Source of the DNA: an uncultured Methanomicrobiaceae archaeon
GTDB lineage: Archaea; Halobacteriota; Methanomicrobia; Methanomicrobiales; Methanoculleaceae
DNA length: 64,000 nucleotides
Assembly (NCBI GenBank): GCA_963826525.1
Contig: CAWGXH010000004.1
Coordinates: forward strand, 96,001-160,000
Direction: 5' to 3'
The stretch's first letter is position 1, and every line of letters begins with the position of its first letter. Below the pieces are notes generated by a model that did no database searches, was not told the DNA's origin, and saw only the letters and a list, made by a program, of their open reading frames with translations. Made by a program: the position numbers and the translations under genes. Shown here piece after piece: positions 1 through 11,355 of this stretch.

Positions 1-292
1 CCTCGGATACTCGGACTGCATCGGGTTTCGAAATGGAATGTGCCACCCATTCCGGCCGTTCAATTTAAAAACCAATCGGGAGATGGAGATCCTGGAGATC
101 CCGCTCATGCTCATGGATCGGACACTAATTCAATATATGCAGTTAACCATGGAGCAGGCCTGGGATCAGACGGAGCGCCTCCTCGAGACCGTCGAACAAT
201 ATCACGGGACGATCAACATCCTCTGGCATAATACGTTTATGGAAGGTGATGAACTCCGGTTCTACCGGAAGATCCTGGAGGTACTGCCGTAA
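1..292 (+). CDS. Polysaccharide deacetylase-family protein, C-terminal part (truncated by window start)
   Basis: GFRNGMCHPFRP...ILEIPLMLMD...INILWHN resembles the C-terminus of deacetylase-like proteins in glycan loci; true 3' end may be frameshifted a little further. Confidence 0.65.
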   Translation, partial: LGYSDCIGFRNGMCHPFRPFNLKTNREMEILEIPLMLMDRTLIQYMQLTMEQAWDQTERLLETVEQYHGTINILWHNTFMEGDELRFYRKILEVLP

Positions 293-469
293 CAGAGGTG
301 CCTGGATGCCAAGCTGCAGAGAGATTGCGGCGTGGTGGGAAAAGAGTGGAATGCGGGCTCCTGCGACCCTAGAAGACAGGTTGCCCGCACATCTTCCTAC
401 CCTCGCGAACTCAATCGGCAAGTGACCGCGAACCGGAACCGCCATGGAGTTCTCCTCATCGGCACAGGC

Positions 470-1948
470 CTAGAAACGCCGGATCCAATCGATATGTTTC
501 GCCGGAACATAGCTTCCGACAATCCCCATGATCTCTCTGCGCACCAGGGTATCCGTGAAGAAGATAATGAGGTAATAGGCGACCGTAGTCACTCCTGCAA
601 CCCCGATCAGCAGCAGGAACGGGAGATCCAGAAAGACCCCGAACGCGAGGGGGAGGGAGACGGCGATGCTTATCAGCAGGTGCCGCACCAGGCTGGCAGT
701 ACTCTCGCGAAATCCTGCCCCGGACTCTTTTATCAGATATGCACTCTTCGAACCCCACATGAGCACCCCGCCGATGGAGAAGAGGGTGAGGGTGACGAGG
801 GGGTTACCGTAGGCACCTCCGGCCAGGAAGATGAGTGTCCAGGTGCAGAGCGTCATGACCTCGAAAGCAAGGTACGCCCGCTGCCGCTCGAGGACAGCGA
901 ACAGAGATGATATTGGTGAGATCAGGAAGACGGCAAAGAACCACGGAGCAAGGATCCGTGCATAGGTGCCGGCGATGAGCCAGTCTGCACCGAAGATGAA
1001 GGTGAAGAGATCTTCAGAGAGGATCATAAAGGCTATGAAGGGAAAGATGCCGACGGAGATGAGCCGTGTGTGGATCTCCCGAACGACGCCCTGCACGCCT
1101 CCGGTAAGGTTCTTCTCCTCGCTCGCTTTCTGGAAGAAGACCTGTGAGACGGATGTTCCGACCATCGTCATGGGCATCCGTACGGCTACTACGGCGAGGG
1201 CGTAGTAGCCGACAACAGTGGGATTGAAGAAGAAAGCCAGCATAAAGGCAGGGAGTTCCCAGGAGAGGCTGTTCGCAAGGCTCCCGGCGGATCCGTAGAA
1301 CGAAAAGTTTCTGTACCGGACGGCAAGGTTTCTCATCCGTCGTACGGTAACAGACTTTAAGAGTGGTATATCCTGCTTTAAGTTCCGGAGCATGAAGAGA
1401 TCGGCAAGGCCGAACCCGACCACCGAACCGAGGATGAGCCCGAGCGGGGAGACCAGAGCCAGCCCGCCTCCGACCTGAAACGCCCGTGTCGCGACTGTGC
1501 TCACAACAATTCCCCCGGCAAGGATGCCGTACCTCACTTTCCGGGAGAACCACTCATTCAGGATCAGAAAGAGGCTGTTAAAAACGACGAAGACCGGCAG
1601 TAAGATGAGGTAATTCGCGATCAGAGGTGCATTGAGGAGAACTGCAAGCATGTCTCCAAATCCGGCAAAAAAGGCGCCGGAGATCGTGGAGACGCCCAGT
1701 ATACAGACTACGGACAGCGCAAGGACGTTCATGGAGTCTTCATCCTTCTCCGAGACCATGATGGCGAAATGGTAGGAGAGGGAAGAGACCACCACGATCA
1801 ACGCTGCTATGGAGAGGAAGAGCTGGGCGACCCCGAAGTATTCCGGAGAGTAGAGCCGCGTTATCACCGGCACGAGGAGGATGGAGATGACCTGGGCGAT
1901 CATGGTGCCTGTTGTCAGTTTAAAGAGATTGCTGAGAAAACTCGCCAT
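470..1948 (-). CDS. Wzx-type oligosaccharide flippase
   Basis: 492 aa, many TM segments, N-terminal GTMIAQVISILLVPVITRLYSPEYFG signature. Confidence 0.9.
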   Translation of the reverse strand: MASFLSNLFKLTTGTMIAQVISILLVPVITRLYSPEYFGVAQLFLSIAALIVVVSSLSYHFAIMVSEKDEDSMNVLALSVVCILGVSTISGAFFAGFGDMLAVLLNAPLIANYLILLPVFVVFNSLFLILNEWFSRKVRYGILAGGIVVSTVATRAFQVGGGLALVSPLGLILGSVVGFGLADLFMLRNLKQDIPLLKSVTVRRMRNLAVRYRNFSFYGSAGSLANSLSWELPAFMLAFFFNPTVVGYYALAVVAVRMPMTMVGTSVSQVFFQKASEEKNLTGGVQGVVREIHTRLISVGIFPFIAFMILSEDLFTFIFGADWLIAGTYARILAPWFFAVFLISPISSLFAVLERQRAYLAFEVMTLCTWTLIFLAGGAYGNPLVTLTLFSIGGVLMWGSKSAYLIKESGAGFRESTASLVRHLLISIAVSLPLAFGVFLDLPFLLLIGVAGVTTVAYYLIIFFTDTLVRREIMGIVGSYVPAKHIDWIRRF

Positions 1949-2243
1949 ACTGCCTCCAGTGCACTACCGATCCCGAAGCGAGGATAATAAGGTTGTGCTC
2001 GATCTCCCGGAGTACCGCGATACAGGGCAGGGCATAACCCCTGAGGCCTCTCCCCATCCGGCCGGCCGGCCCTCATCCCCCGCAACGGGACAGGTGCCTG
2101 ATTCATGGCCGGTCGGCAGGGAGTGGGGCGGTGGGATCGCTCTCCAGCACGTGTTTCTCTCAAAGAACCACCCCAGCCACGGCGCTTTCTGCAAACCGTC
2201 GTGAGAGGGGGGGCGAATACCCCGGTGTTCACCCCTCATGGAG

Positions 2244-3707
2244 TTACTTCCTGCTCATAATAACCACAAGCGAGTTTAAGATCAGTCCGGCAACAATCAG
2301 GAGCATGCCGAGGATCAGCGAGATGCCGAAGGCGACGGTGAAGCCGAAAGGCATTACGCCCGTTCCGGAGAAGATTGTAAAGGCGTACGACCCGAGGAAG
2401 AGGCTGACGAAGAGGAGGATGACGCCCGTAAGACCGAAGAGCAGCATCGGCCTCTTGTATCCAATCTCCCCGAAGATGTTAGCCACGATGTCGTAGCCAT
2501 GGCTGAACGGGTTCTTCTTATGCTTATGCGGCACGTCGTAGATAGCGGTGATGGGTGCCTCGAGGATCCTGATCCCCTTCTCCGCAAGGTGCGAGATCAT
2601 ATCCGATTCGATACTGTAGCCGTCCGACTCCACGGTGAGGCTCTCCATCGCCCTCCGGTTGAGAGCCCGGAAGCCAGACTGGGAATCGGTCGTCTTCTGG
2701 ACCGAGGCGGCGTTGGTGAGAAGGGTGAGGATCGTCTGCCCGAAGCGGCGGTAGACCGGGACGCTGCCGTTGTTCCCATTGAGGAACCGGGATCCGATCA
2801 CGAGATCGGCCTCTCCGGAGAGGATCGGCTTTGCGAGGGATGGGATCTCCTCAGGCTTATGCTGACCGTCGCCATCCAGCAGGATGAGCAGATCGAACGG
2901 GCGTTCGCGGGCGTACCGGAGAGCGGTCTTCACCCCGGCCGCCTTCCCCTGGTTCTTCTCGTGCCGGATTACCGTGGCCCCGGCCTTCTTCGCCACCTGT
3001 GCCGTCTCGTCCTTCGAGCCGTCGTCGATGACGACCACTTCGTCGACGTACCGGTGGGCCTTCAGAACCACGGATCCGATCGAGACCTCTTCGTTGTAGC
3101 AGGGGATTGCAGCAAGCACCTTCGCAGTGCCGACCGAAGAGAGGTATTCGTACAGCCGCTGAAGTGCAGGCCGGGAGAAGACGACGTAGCCCTGGAACGA
3201 GGCCATCTGTTGCAGGTTCCCGCCTACCAACTTGCAGTGCTGGATGTAGTGAACGTACTCCGACGAAGGGTCCCATTCCTCATACGGCGATGCCGTCCCC
3301 CGCACTCTCGCTATCCAGGCATAGTCCGCTGTTCCCAGGGCAACGGGGTTGAAGAGGTGTGAAAAGAGCACCGGGTTCACTCCATGACTCCCGTCCATCA
3401 CGGCAATCACCTCCATTCCCGCCTCAAGCGCTCTCCGGTACGCCGCACACATCGTAGCCGCCGGAGAATCAGCCTCATCACCCGGAACACACTCAACCCG
3501 GCTACTTTCGGATCTCTCTTCACAGAGGCGGACGATTTCCGGGGAGATGTTCCGCCCTGCAATGAAGATGCTATCGACAAAGGATGGGATGGACTCCACG
3601 ACCGGCCGGAGTGCACCCGCTTCTTCAGAAACCGTAACTATCGCCCCAATTCTGCGCCCCGCGTACATAGTCGGATCCCCCAAACCGACAGAGTCACACT
3701 GCACCAT
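2244..3707 (-). CDS. GT2 glycosyltransferase (degenerate N-terminal GT-A domain + intact DPM-synthase-like domain + 2 TM)
   Basis: IPCYNEE, VVIDDGSKD, LLDGDGQH, DSQSGFRA motifs; start moved to ATG 3707 (or 3668) because the ORF extension overlaps genes on the other strand. Confidence 0.85.
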   Translation of the reverse strand: MVQCDSVGLGDPTMYAGRRIGAIVTVSEEAGALRPVVESIPSFVDSIFIAGRNISPEIVRLCEERSESSRVECVPGDEADSPAATMCAAYRRALEAGMEVIAVMDGSHGVNPVLFSHLFNPVALGTADYAWIARVRGTASPYEEWDPSSEYVHYIQHCKLVGGNLQQMASFQGYVVFSRPALQRLYEYLSSVGTAKVLAAIPCYNEEVSIGSVVLKAHRYVDEVVVIDDGSKDETAQVAKKAGATVIRHEKNQGKAAGVKTALRYARERPFDLLILLDGDGQHKPEEIPSLAKPILSGEADLVIGSRFLNGNNGSVPVYRRFGQTILTLLTNAASVQKTTDSQSGFRALNRRAMESLTVESDGYSIESDMISHLAEKGIRILEAPITAIYDVPHKHKKNPFSHGYDIVANIFGEIGYKRPMLLFGLTGVILLFVSLFLGSYAFTIFSGTGVMPFGFTVAFGISLILGMLLIVAGLILNSLVVIMSRK

Positions 3708-4146
3708 GCCCCCCCGACCCTCACGCACACACGCTCTCCCGGGAGCATTGACGGTGTACCAGGTGAAGCGACAGAGGACACCCAGATATATATATACTTT
3801 CATGTAGCGCAGGAGTCCGGAGGGGCACCCCAACAATCCCCCAAATAAGCCTTTCAGACATTTTAGAACGGTTACCCCGGCATTCATCACCACAGACCTC
3901 TTCCCCACCCGGACGGCAGATCCGGATTGAGGGATGCAGAGCCTCACCGGGCTAACATGTCTGACGAGCGTTGGATGGCTGGCTATGCCCGGGGATACCG
4001 TCCTGAGCACCGTGGGGCGAAGGGCTACGGGGGAATGAGGAGACGGTGCCGGTAGTCCGGCGACACTCCCGAACGTGTACTCTACCGCGTGATCCGTCCG
4101 TGTTCCCGCAGGTTTAATATGCACGAACTCATGATAGAGTTCACCG

Positions 4147-4407
4147 ATGCAGAAAAAGGATGCTGCAGCGATCACGCTGACGGCCTGGATGCTCGCCGTG
4201 AGCGGTCTTTTTGGGATGCTTCGCATTTCGGATTTAGGACTGTTTACGGCCATCGCGCTCGTGGGGTTCTTCGTCATTGTCTACGTGATCCACCCGGTGT
4301 TTTCAACACCGAGGTACATGCGCAACCTCAATTACATGGCAGTGGCCTCTGTGGTGCTCTTTGGGGTGGCTATTACCCTCCGGATACTGGAGTTGCTCCG
4401 CGGGTAA
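4147..4407 (+). CDS. Small 3-TM membrane protein
   Basis: 86 aa hydrophobic ORF downstream of a TTTAATAT box. Confidence 0.65.
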   Translation: MQKKDAAAITLTAWMLAVSGLFGMLRISDLGLFTAIALVGFFVIVYVIHPVFSTPRYMRNLNYMAVASVVLFGVAITLRILELLRG

Positions 4408-4451
4408 GAGGGACTCTCTCCACATCCCGTGGATACTGTTGGGTGAGTGGA

Positions 4452-5237
4452 ATGAAAGTGGATCGATACAAAAACTACAAAATCGGCGCCTACCTCCTCA
4501 TCGGCTTTGCTGCCCTGCTCTTCCTTGCAGCCCTGCTTATCGACCGGTGGGGGTCTCTGCAGCCCCTCCTTCTCATGTTGAGCGCAACCACTTTCGCCGG
4601 AGGAGCATTTCTCTTCGCCCTCGGCGGAGACGACCCCGTACATGCAGCGATCGCCGGTCAGTTCTCATTGCAGGGCATCTCAACCCTGAGCGGAATCATC
4701 CGTGACCGGGGGGGGCGCGGGACGGCGGTATTTCTCCCGCCAAAGAGCGACGGCGGGACGGTTATGCAGTTCATTCCGACCATACGCTCATCCGGGTCGT
4801 ACACAGGAGGTGCGGACGGAACTGCTCTCTGCAACGGGGGCAGCGGGATTCTGATCGCACCCCTGGCGGGCTTCATCCTCGAAGACCTGAAGCGTGACAA
4901 TGATCTTGTCCTCCCCGCCGAGTATGCTCTCCTGGCAGGGGCGGTCAGGGAGGTCTGTGAGGATCTTATCTCGGTCGCCGACCGCGTGGATATACGGAGG
5001 GAAGGCGATCTGATCACGGTTACCCTACAGAACTACCGGTTCCTCTCAGGCTGCGTCGCCCGTCGGGAAGCATCATCAGAGTCCTGCACGCTCTGCCCCT
5101 GCTCGGTCTGCAGCCTGATCATGTGCATGATGGCGGAGGGGCTCGGGTGTGAGGTAAGGTTGAAGCAGGTGGATCTGGATGAGGGGGAGCGGTCGGTTCG
5201 GGTGGAGTTCTCTGTTAAGGGCTGCTCCTCTGACTGA
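4452..5237 (+). CDS. Membrane protein with Cys-rich, V4R-like C-terminal domain
   Basis: MKVDRYK start after GGTGA RBS; two N-terminal TM; CTLCPCSVCSLIMC cluster. Confidence 0.65.
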   Translation: MKVDRYKNYKIGAYLLIGFAALLFLAALLIDRWGSLQPLLLMLSATTFAGGAFLFALGGDDPVHAAIAGQFSLQGISTLSGIIRDRGGRGTAVFLPPKSDGGTVMQFIPTIRSSGSYTGGADGTALCNGGSGILIAPLAGFILEDLKRDNDLVLPAEYALLAGAVREVCEDLISVADRVDIRREGDLITVTLQNYRFLSGCVARREASSESCTLCPCSVCSLIMCMMAEGLGCEVRLKQVDLDEGERSVRVEFSVKGCSSD

Positions 5238-5411
5238 ACTTCGTAGGCATCCAGAGGATTTTAGCCAGGGAGAGAGAAGATAATTTCTCCTATAATAATG
5301 AAGGCCAAAGCAGGAGAAATGGAAGTATTTGCAGGTGTTCCGCTAGGATTCTCAGAAGGTTCGGTCATCGCGAAACAGGAAGGGAAGAAAGATGTGCGTT
5401 TCGAAATGAGG

Positions 5412-6480
5412 TGCCGTGTTGAATAATTCTGGTCACCCGACCGCAAAAGTGAAGATGACGGTCGCCCCTGCCGGTCTTCCATGGTGAAGAAAGAACGCTG
5501 GGGACGGCCGTCCCCTGACACTCGCGACTGGAGTATATATAATGAGCGGCTGGTTCGGCGGGGTGAGTTCTACCTTTCGCTTGACTTCATCAAGCAGTGG
5601 GACGAGCTCCTTGTCGCAGATGAACGCCGGAAAGCGCGGCCGGCCGTATCTGTATCCCGAACCGTTCATTGCGTGGATGGCCTGCATCCACATCTTCCTC
5701 CTGATGCCCTACCGCCAGATGGAGGGATTTGTCCGGAGCCTCGCGGCGTTCATTCCCCGTCTCACGGCAGCAGACTACACCACCCTCTTTCGCCGGATCA
5801 AACTCCTGGATCTCTCGCTCACGGTAACGCCCGAGCTCCTTGCCGAGGACGTGATCATCGCCGTCGACAGCACCGGGATTACCGTCACGAACCGGGGCGA
5901 GTGGATGCGGGAGAAGTGGAAGGTCAGGCGCGGGTGGATCAAGGTGCATGCGATGATCGACGTCGAGACCAACCAGGTCATCGGTCTGGAGATCACCGAC
6001 GAGTCGGTGCAGGACGACCAAATGTTCGCCCCGCTCCTCGAGCAGGTCACACAGCACTGCGGCGAGGAGCATCCCGATCTACCAGGTGCTTGGAGACGGT
6101 GCATACGATAGAAACAAGATCTTCAATCTCCTCGAGAAACGGGGCATCCATGCCGGGATCAAGACGCGAACCGATGCGGCAACCCACTCCACCGGGTCAC
6201 CCTACCGTGCCGAGTGCGTCAGAGATCGCATCAGAGTTGGTGGATATCGGATATGGTCATGGATAACCAACTACGGGATGCGATGGAAAGTTGAAGGACT
6301 CTTCTCCAGTTTCAAACGGATCTTCGGGGAGGGAGTGCGCGCAACGTCCCGGGAGGGGATGTTCCGCGAGATCCGGATGAAAGTGAACTGCTACAACATG
6401 CTGGTTGCTGCGGTGGCCTGAGCGAAGCCGCCGCAGGAAGACCCGGGAGGGAAACCCTTGGGGGATTGTGCAACACGGCA
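5412..6480 (+). mobile_element. IS5-family insertion sequence (IS903-like)
   Basis: Imperfect terminal inverted repeats TGCCGTGTTGAATAAT (5412) / ATTGTGCAACACGGCA (ends 6480) enclosing a DDE transposase; no clear TSD. Confidence 0.85.
5481..6421 (+). CDS. IS5-family DDE transposase (two frameshifts)
   Basis: RDWSIYNERLVRRGE; IAVDSTGI...GEW...GWIKVH; GDGAYD; Y.MRWKVEGLFSSFKR across three frames. Confidence 0.9.
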
Positions 6481-7437
6481 GCCAGTAACTATACTCTGGT
6501 CACAAACACCGGCTCGATTCTCCGGCTCCTCCTCATTGCTCTCTTCTTCTCCGCCGAGATCACCTATGTCATCACTGAGCTCCGGAAACGAGACGACCTC
6601 CGGCGATTCGCTCACATCGACCGGATACCCTCAGCCGAAGAGGTCTACCGGTTTATCAGCCGGATCGATGAAGAGCGGTTTATTGCCCTGATCAACGCCC
6701 TTCTGCGCACCCAGTGCAAACAGCCGAAGCGACGAACCGCCAGGACGTTCATCATTGACGGGTCGGCTATCACGCTCGACCTGAACACCTTCAAGAGGAA
6801 GATCCGGAAGAAAGATCTCGACCGCCGGGATTGCAAATGGGGCTACTCCACCACCAACGGCTATTACCTCGGATTCAAACTGACGCTGGCGATCGAGTAT
6901 CCCTCCCTGATTCCGGTGGCGTTCCTCATCCATTCTGGATCCCCGCACGACACCCACCTCTTCCCGGAGATCCTGGACGACCTCAAGCGCCGCAAAGTGC
7001 TCCGATCCGGAGATACCGTCATCTGTGATAAGGGATACTACGCATATGACAACTATGCAACGGCGGTGAAAAAATACAAGGTCGTTCCTCTGGTCTTTCC
7101 CAAAAAAACCTTCGATACCAGGAAAATGCTCAGCAGAATGAACTGTCCGCTCCCGATCTTTTCGCATCATGACCACCGGAAAACCCAGCAGACCTACAAG
7201 GACATTGTCAGAAAACTTCTGAACCTGCTGAAGCGGTGGGGAGAGTTTCCACCGATACTATCCCTGATCAAAGATCTCTTCAAATTGGCCAAAGAAGCCT
7301 TCGCCCTTCGGGCGGTGCACCGCTACTCAAGGGGCTCGGTTATAAAATTCGTCGCACTGAGTGTACTTTTGCTCGGGGCGGTCATTCTTACCGGGATTAA
7401 CCAGAAGAAACAGATTCAGAGCGTCGCGGGGTGGTGA
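6481..7437 (+). pseudogene. 5'-truncated DDE_Tnp_1-type transposase (IS4/IS5 superfamily)
   Basis: IIDGSAITLD, GYYLGFKL, ICDKGYY motifs; the frame begins directly at the right TIR of the preceding IS. Confidence 0.8.
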
Positions 7438-7544
7438 AGCCAGGAGGGGGCTAAGGAGATAAAGGTGCCGACGGGCTGAGGGGTGGGAGACAGGGAACCC
7501 GATCGGGTCACGAGACTATGCCTTAACCGACAACGTATGGACCG

Positions 7545-8104
7545 ATGCCATGAGGACCCTGCGCGAACTGCAGGGGATCTCGGAGAACTTCAGGCATCAG
7601 TGGAGCGAAGCCCTGCGTGCCCTCCTCATCGAGATGAAAACAGCCGTGGATACCGCCAGGCAGAGCAGCGGTGCTCTGCTGCCGGCCATCTGTGCTGTCT
7701 TCGAAGAACGGTATCGCAGGGTTCTCGAGGCCGGCGGGAAGGAAACGGAAACCACTGGCATTCCTGGGGAACAGGGGAAGCGCGGCAGAAAGAAGCAGTC
7801 CAAAGCGAAGAATCTCCTGGACCGCTGTCACAAGCACCAGTGAGAGATCCTGGCATTCATGAGGGATTTCACCATACCCTTCACCAATAATCAGGCCGAA
7901 CGGGATCTCCAGATGATGAAACTGCAGCAGAAGATCTCCGGAACATTCCAGAGCGAAGAAGGCGCTCGGAACTTCTGTAGGGTCAGAGGATTCATAGCAA
8001 CCGTCAAGAAGCACAGCCGCCCGGTATTACCAGAACTGGCGAGGGTAGTCGAGGGGACGCCCTTCGTCCCGACAACGGCTCACCCCCATACCCTGAACAG
8101 TTAC
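7545..8104 (+). pseudogene. IS66-family transposase 3' fragment with right end
   Basis: LRELQGI, IPFTNNQAERDLQMMKLQQKISGTFQSEEGA motif; in-frame TGA at 7841; ends CCTGAACAGTTAC (reverse complement starts GTAA, the IS66 terminus). Confidence 0.85.
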
Positions 8105-8155
8105 GTTAAGAGGCAACCGACAAGTATATCGCTCAAAAGGAGGGAGGGGGTGGGC

Positions 8156-9891
8156 ATGCCGGGGTTCTGTGGTATTTGTGGGAACTTACCCGATCGGTTC
8201 GATCTGCCCGCTCCCTCAAAAAGTGAACTTTGCTCAACTGCCGAATCCGACATTGCGTTTGAGCGGCATTACGTAAAACAATACGTTATCCCGAAATTTT
8301 TGAACGATAAACTGTTTTTTGACGGTGCCGACATCTTTGTTTGTACAGGACGGAACACTATTAAATGCAAAAGACCTCCGATCGAAGTATGGTGTTCAAA
8401 ACAACAGCACTCTGTTCGAAAGGATGTACGGGCAACAGGGCATCGACTTTGTCTCAGAGATGCGGGGTGACTTTTCGGGTCTGATATACGACAAACCTGA
8501 AGATAAAATCTATGTGTTTACGAACCACATCGGCTCAAAAACAATCTACTATTTTTTGAACGAAGACGAGGCAATGGCCTACGGGTCCGATCTCCAGGTC
8601 GTTTTAAACATAATGCGCACATGTCAGTACCAGACCGAACTTTCGGAACTCAGCGCGTATCTACTTCTGACTTTTGGTTATATGCTGAAAGACAACACAC
8701 TTTGCAGTACTGTCAGAAAGTTGCCTCCGGGATCGATACTCTGCTTTGATCTGGCAAATTGCCGCGCTTCAGTGGAGACGTACTATCTGTTAGAAAATAC
8801 TCCGTATATTACGGATACGAAGGAAAATATCCTCAAAGAGATGGATAGACGGTTTGAAGAAGCGATACGAAAAGAATACGATAAAGACATTGAATATGGG
8901 TATCACCACGTTGCCACGCTCAGTGGCGGGCTCGATTCCCGGATGAACGTCACGAAAGGCAAGACCCTCGGGTACGATGAAATTCTTGCGGTTACTTTTT
9001 CGCAAAGCGATTATCTTGACGAACGCATCGCAAAGCACATCGCCGCTGACTTCGGCTTTGACTATTTGTTCTTTGCGTTGGACAATGGAAACTACCTTAG
9101 AGATATTGATAGTCCCATCATAGCAAATGACGGTCAGGTGCTTTTTTCGGGCGCCGCTCACCTGCTTGCAATGCTGAAGTTACTGGATTGGAACTCGTTG
9201 GGGCTGCTCCATACAGGGCAGATAGGGGATCTGGTGTTGGGCTCGTATCTGCTTGATAAAAGACATTCTCTGGTATCGGACGAGATAATCAGCATGACGG
9301 CACACTCGACGAAGTTAATTCATCGGATTCCGGTCCCTGTTTTGGATGAGCTGATCCAGGCCTATAAAACGGATGAGATGTTTGCCTTCTACGAGAGATG
9401 TGTCAATGGCGTATTCAATGGTTATCAAGTGGTGCAGAACTATTCCGAATTTGCATCACCCTTCCTATATGTAGAGTTCCTTGATTATGTGATGAAGATT
9501 GATCCGGCATACAGGTTCGATAATGCCCTGTATAATGAGTGGATAGAAAAGTATGTCCCCACAGCCTCAAAGTATCCCTGGGAAAAGACCGGGGTACAGG
9601 ATAAATGCGGGATACGGCACGAAAATCCTGTCCGTGGTGACGAAAAAAATCAGAAGAGACATCCTTGGGGACAGATCTCAGATCTCAATGAATCCTTTTG
9701 AATACTGGTATAAGACCAATCCTCGGCTGAAAGAGGCATTTGAGGCCTACCTCAGGACGTTTATACATCTTCTCGATGGGCATCCACAACTTCAGGAAGA
9801 CACGATGTTCCTGTTCGAAAACGGGGGCATGAGTGAGAAGACTCAGGCATTGTCATTGCTTGCAGCAATTAAATTACTGCATCTGAAATAA
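8156..9891 (+). CDS. Asparagine synthase-like (amidotransferase) protein, frameshifted
   Basis: MRGDFSG, NHIGSKTIYY, RKLPPGS, TLSGGLDSR PP-loop; three consecutive frames; GGAGG RBS. Confidence 0.8.
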
Positions 9892-10037
9892 TCCTCAAGC
9901 GGTTACAGACCGGTCACATCTCGAAGGGGATATCGTCTCCTTGAGGAGATCGTCCGGCGGGAGAGGTGGAGCGAAGGGAGTGGCGGATGAATGTGCAGCA
10001 TCTGAAAGAGCAATGATTTCCTGTCGGACGGCCTTAT

Positions 10038-11355
10038 ATGAGGAGTATTGAATCGCACGTGAGATCCTTCGTAAGGACATCCGATATTCTCGATTTTGTG
10101 ATGTCTATTAAAGAGAAAGGGTTTTTCCATATCTTTTTCGCAGATATCGTCAACAAATTCGTCAGTTTCTTTACGGTTTTTGCGCTCGTGAGGATATTAT
10201 CCAAACAGACCTATGGTGAATGGTCATATGCGCTGAATATCGTAAGTATTATTTTACTCTTCCAAGGTATGGGATCGGTTTCTGCTCTCCTGCAGTATTG
10301 CAGCGAAGCTCAGAACACCTCTCAACTATATTCCTATTATAAATTCGGTGTTAGAATCGGCTTAATCTCAAACACAGGTACTGGCAGCGGTCACGATGTA
10401 TATCGCCTTGTTTATCCCGTTGCCTGTTGCAGGCAGTAACAGGATACTCCTTTATCTCTCGTTTTTGCCTCTCATCACGATACTCTTTGATTCGAACCAG
10501 GTGTACTTACGTTCTACGTTCCAGAACAGATCGTTTTCATTCCTCAATGTACTAAATACCGTCTTATTCTTTTTCGGATCGATAGTCGGTGGTTTGATCC
10601 TGAATGTCGTTGGGGTTATACTGGGGCGTTATTTTGCGTACAGTGTGTGTATAGGGGTGGCGTTGCGATCCATTAAACATGAGATCGGAGATATAGTAAA
10701 AGCCAAAGAACTGAAATCCTCTGAGAAAAAGGCCTTTCTGGGATTCGCGGTCACGGCCATGCTTACCGAGAGCATCTCTTCGATGCTGTATTTGATCGAC
10801 ATTCAACTCGTAGGCCTTATTTTAAAAGATGCGTCCATTGTAGCCTCATATCAAACGGCGACTGTCATCCCCTATGCCCTCAATTTTGTACCCCTGGCTA
10901 TTATGACCTTCAGTTATCCGTACTTCGTAAAAAACAGGCATGATGTGACTTGGATACTCTCTCAATACCGCTTTTTATTAAAATATCTGATCCCTCTGAA
11001 TTTAGGGATTTCAGCGACTCTGTTTACCCTGGCACCTATACTCATACCAATCCTGTTCGGGAATCAGTACGTTGATTCGATAGTTCCTTTCAGGATCCTG
11101 TCACTTGGCTATTTTATAGCCGGGACGTTTCGGATACCAGCCGGCAACATTCTTGCGTCAATAAAATTAATCCGTATCAATCTCATCAATTCAACACTCT
11201 GCGGCACCCTGAATATCCTCTTGGATCTCCTGCTGATACCGATTTACGGTTCTACGGGGGCAGCATTGACTACAATCTCAATATTTGCGGTATCATCGAT
11301 CATCAGTAACTATTACATTGCCAGAGTAGTGAGAAAGCAAATATATATCGAGTAA
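10038..11355 (+). CDS. Wzx-type flippase (frameshifted)
   Basis: LVRILSKQTYGEWSY, multiple TM, IPIYGSTGAA; two ORFs joined near 10390. Confidence 0.85.

Noticed and set aside
3708-4277. N-terminal extension of the 677-aa GT2 ORF
   Set aside because: Overlaps plus-strand genes and promoter-like AT tracts, with no protein-like motifs
5261-7454. TTAGCC (5261) / GGCTAA (7449) as TIRs of an outer IS
   Set aside because: The match is only 6 bp, with no TSD and no transposase N-terminus in 5261-5411
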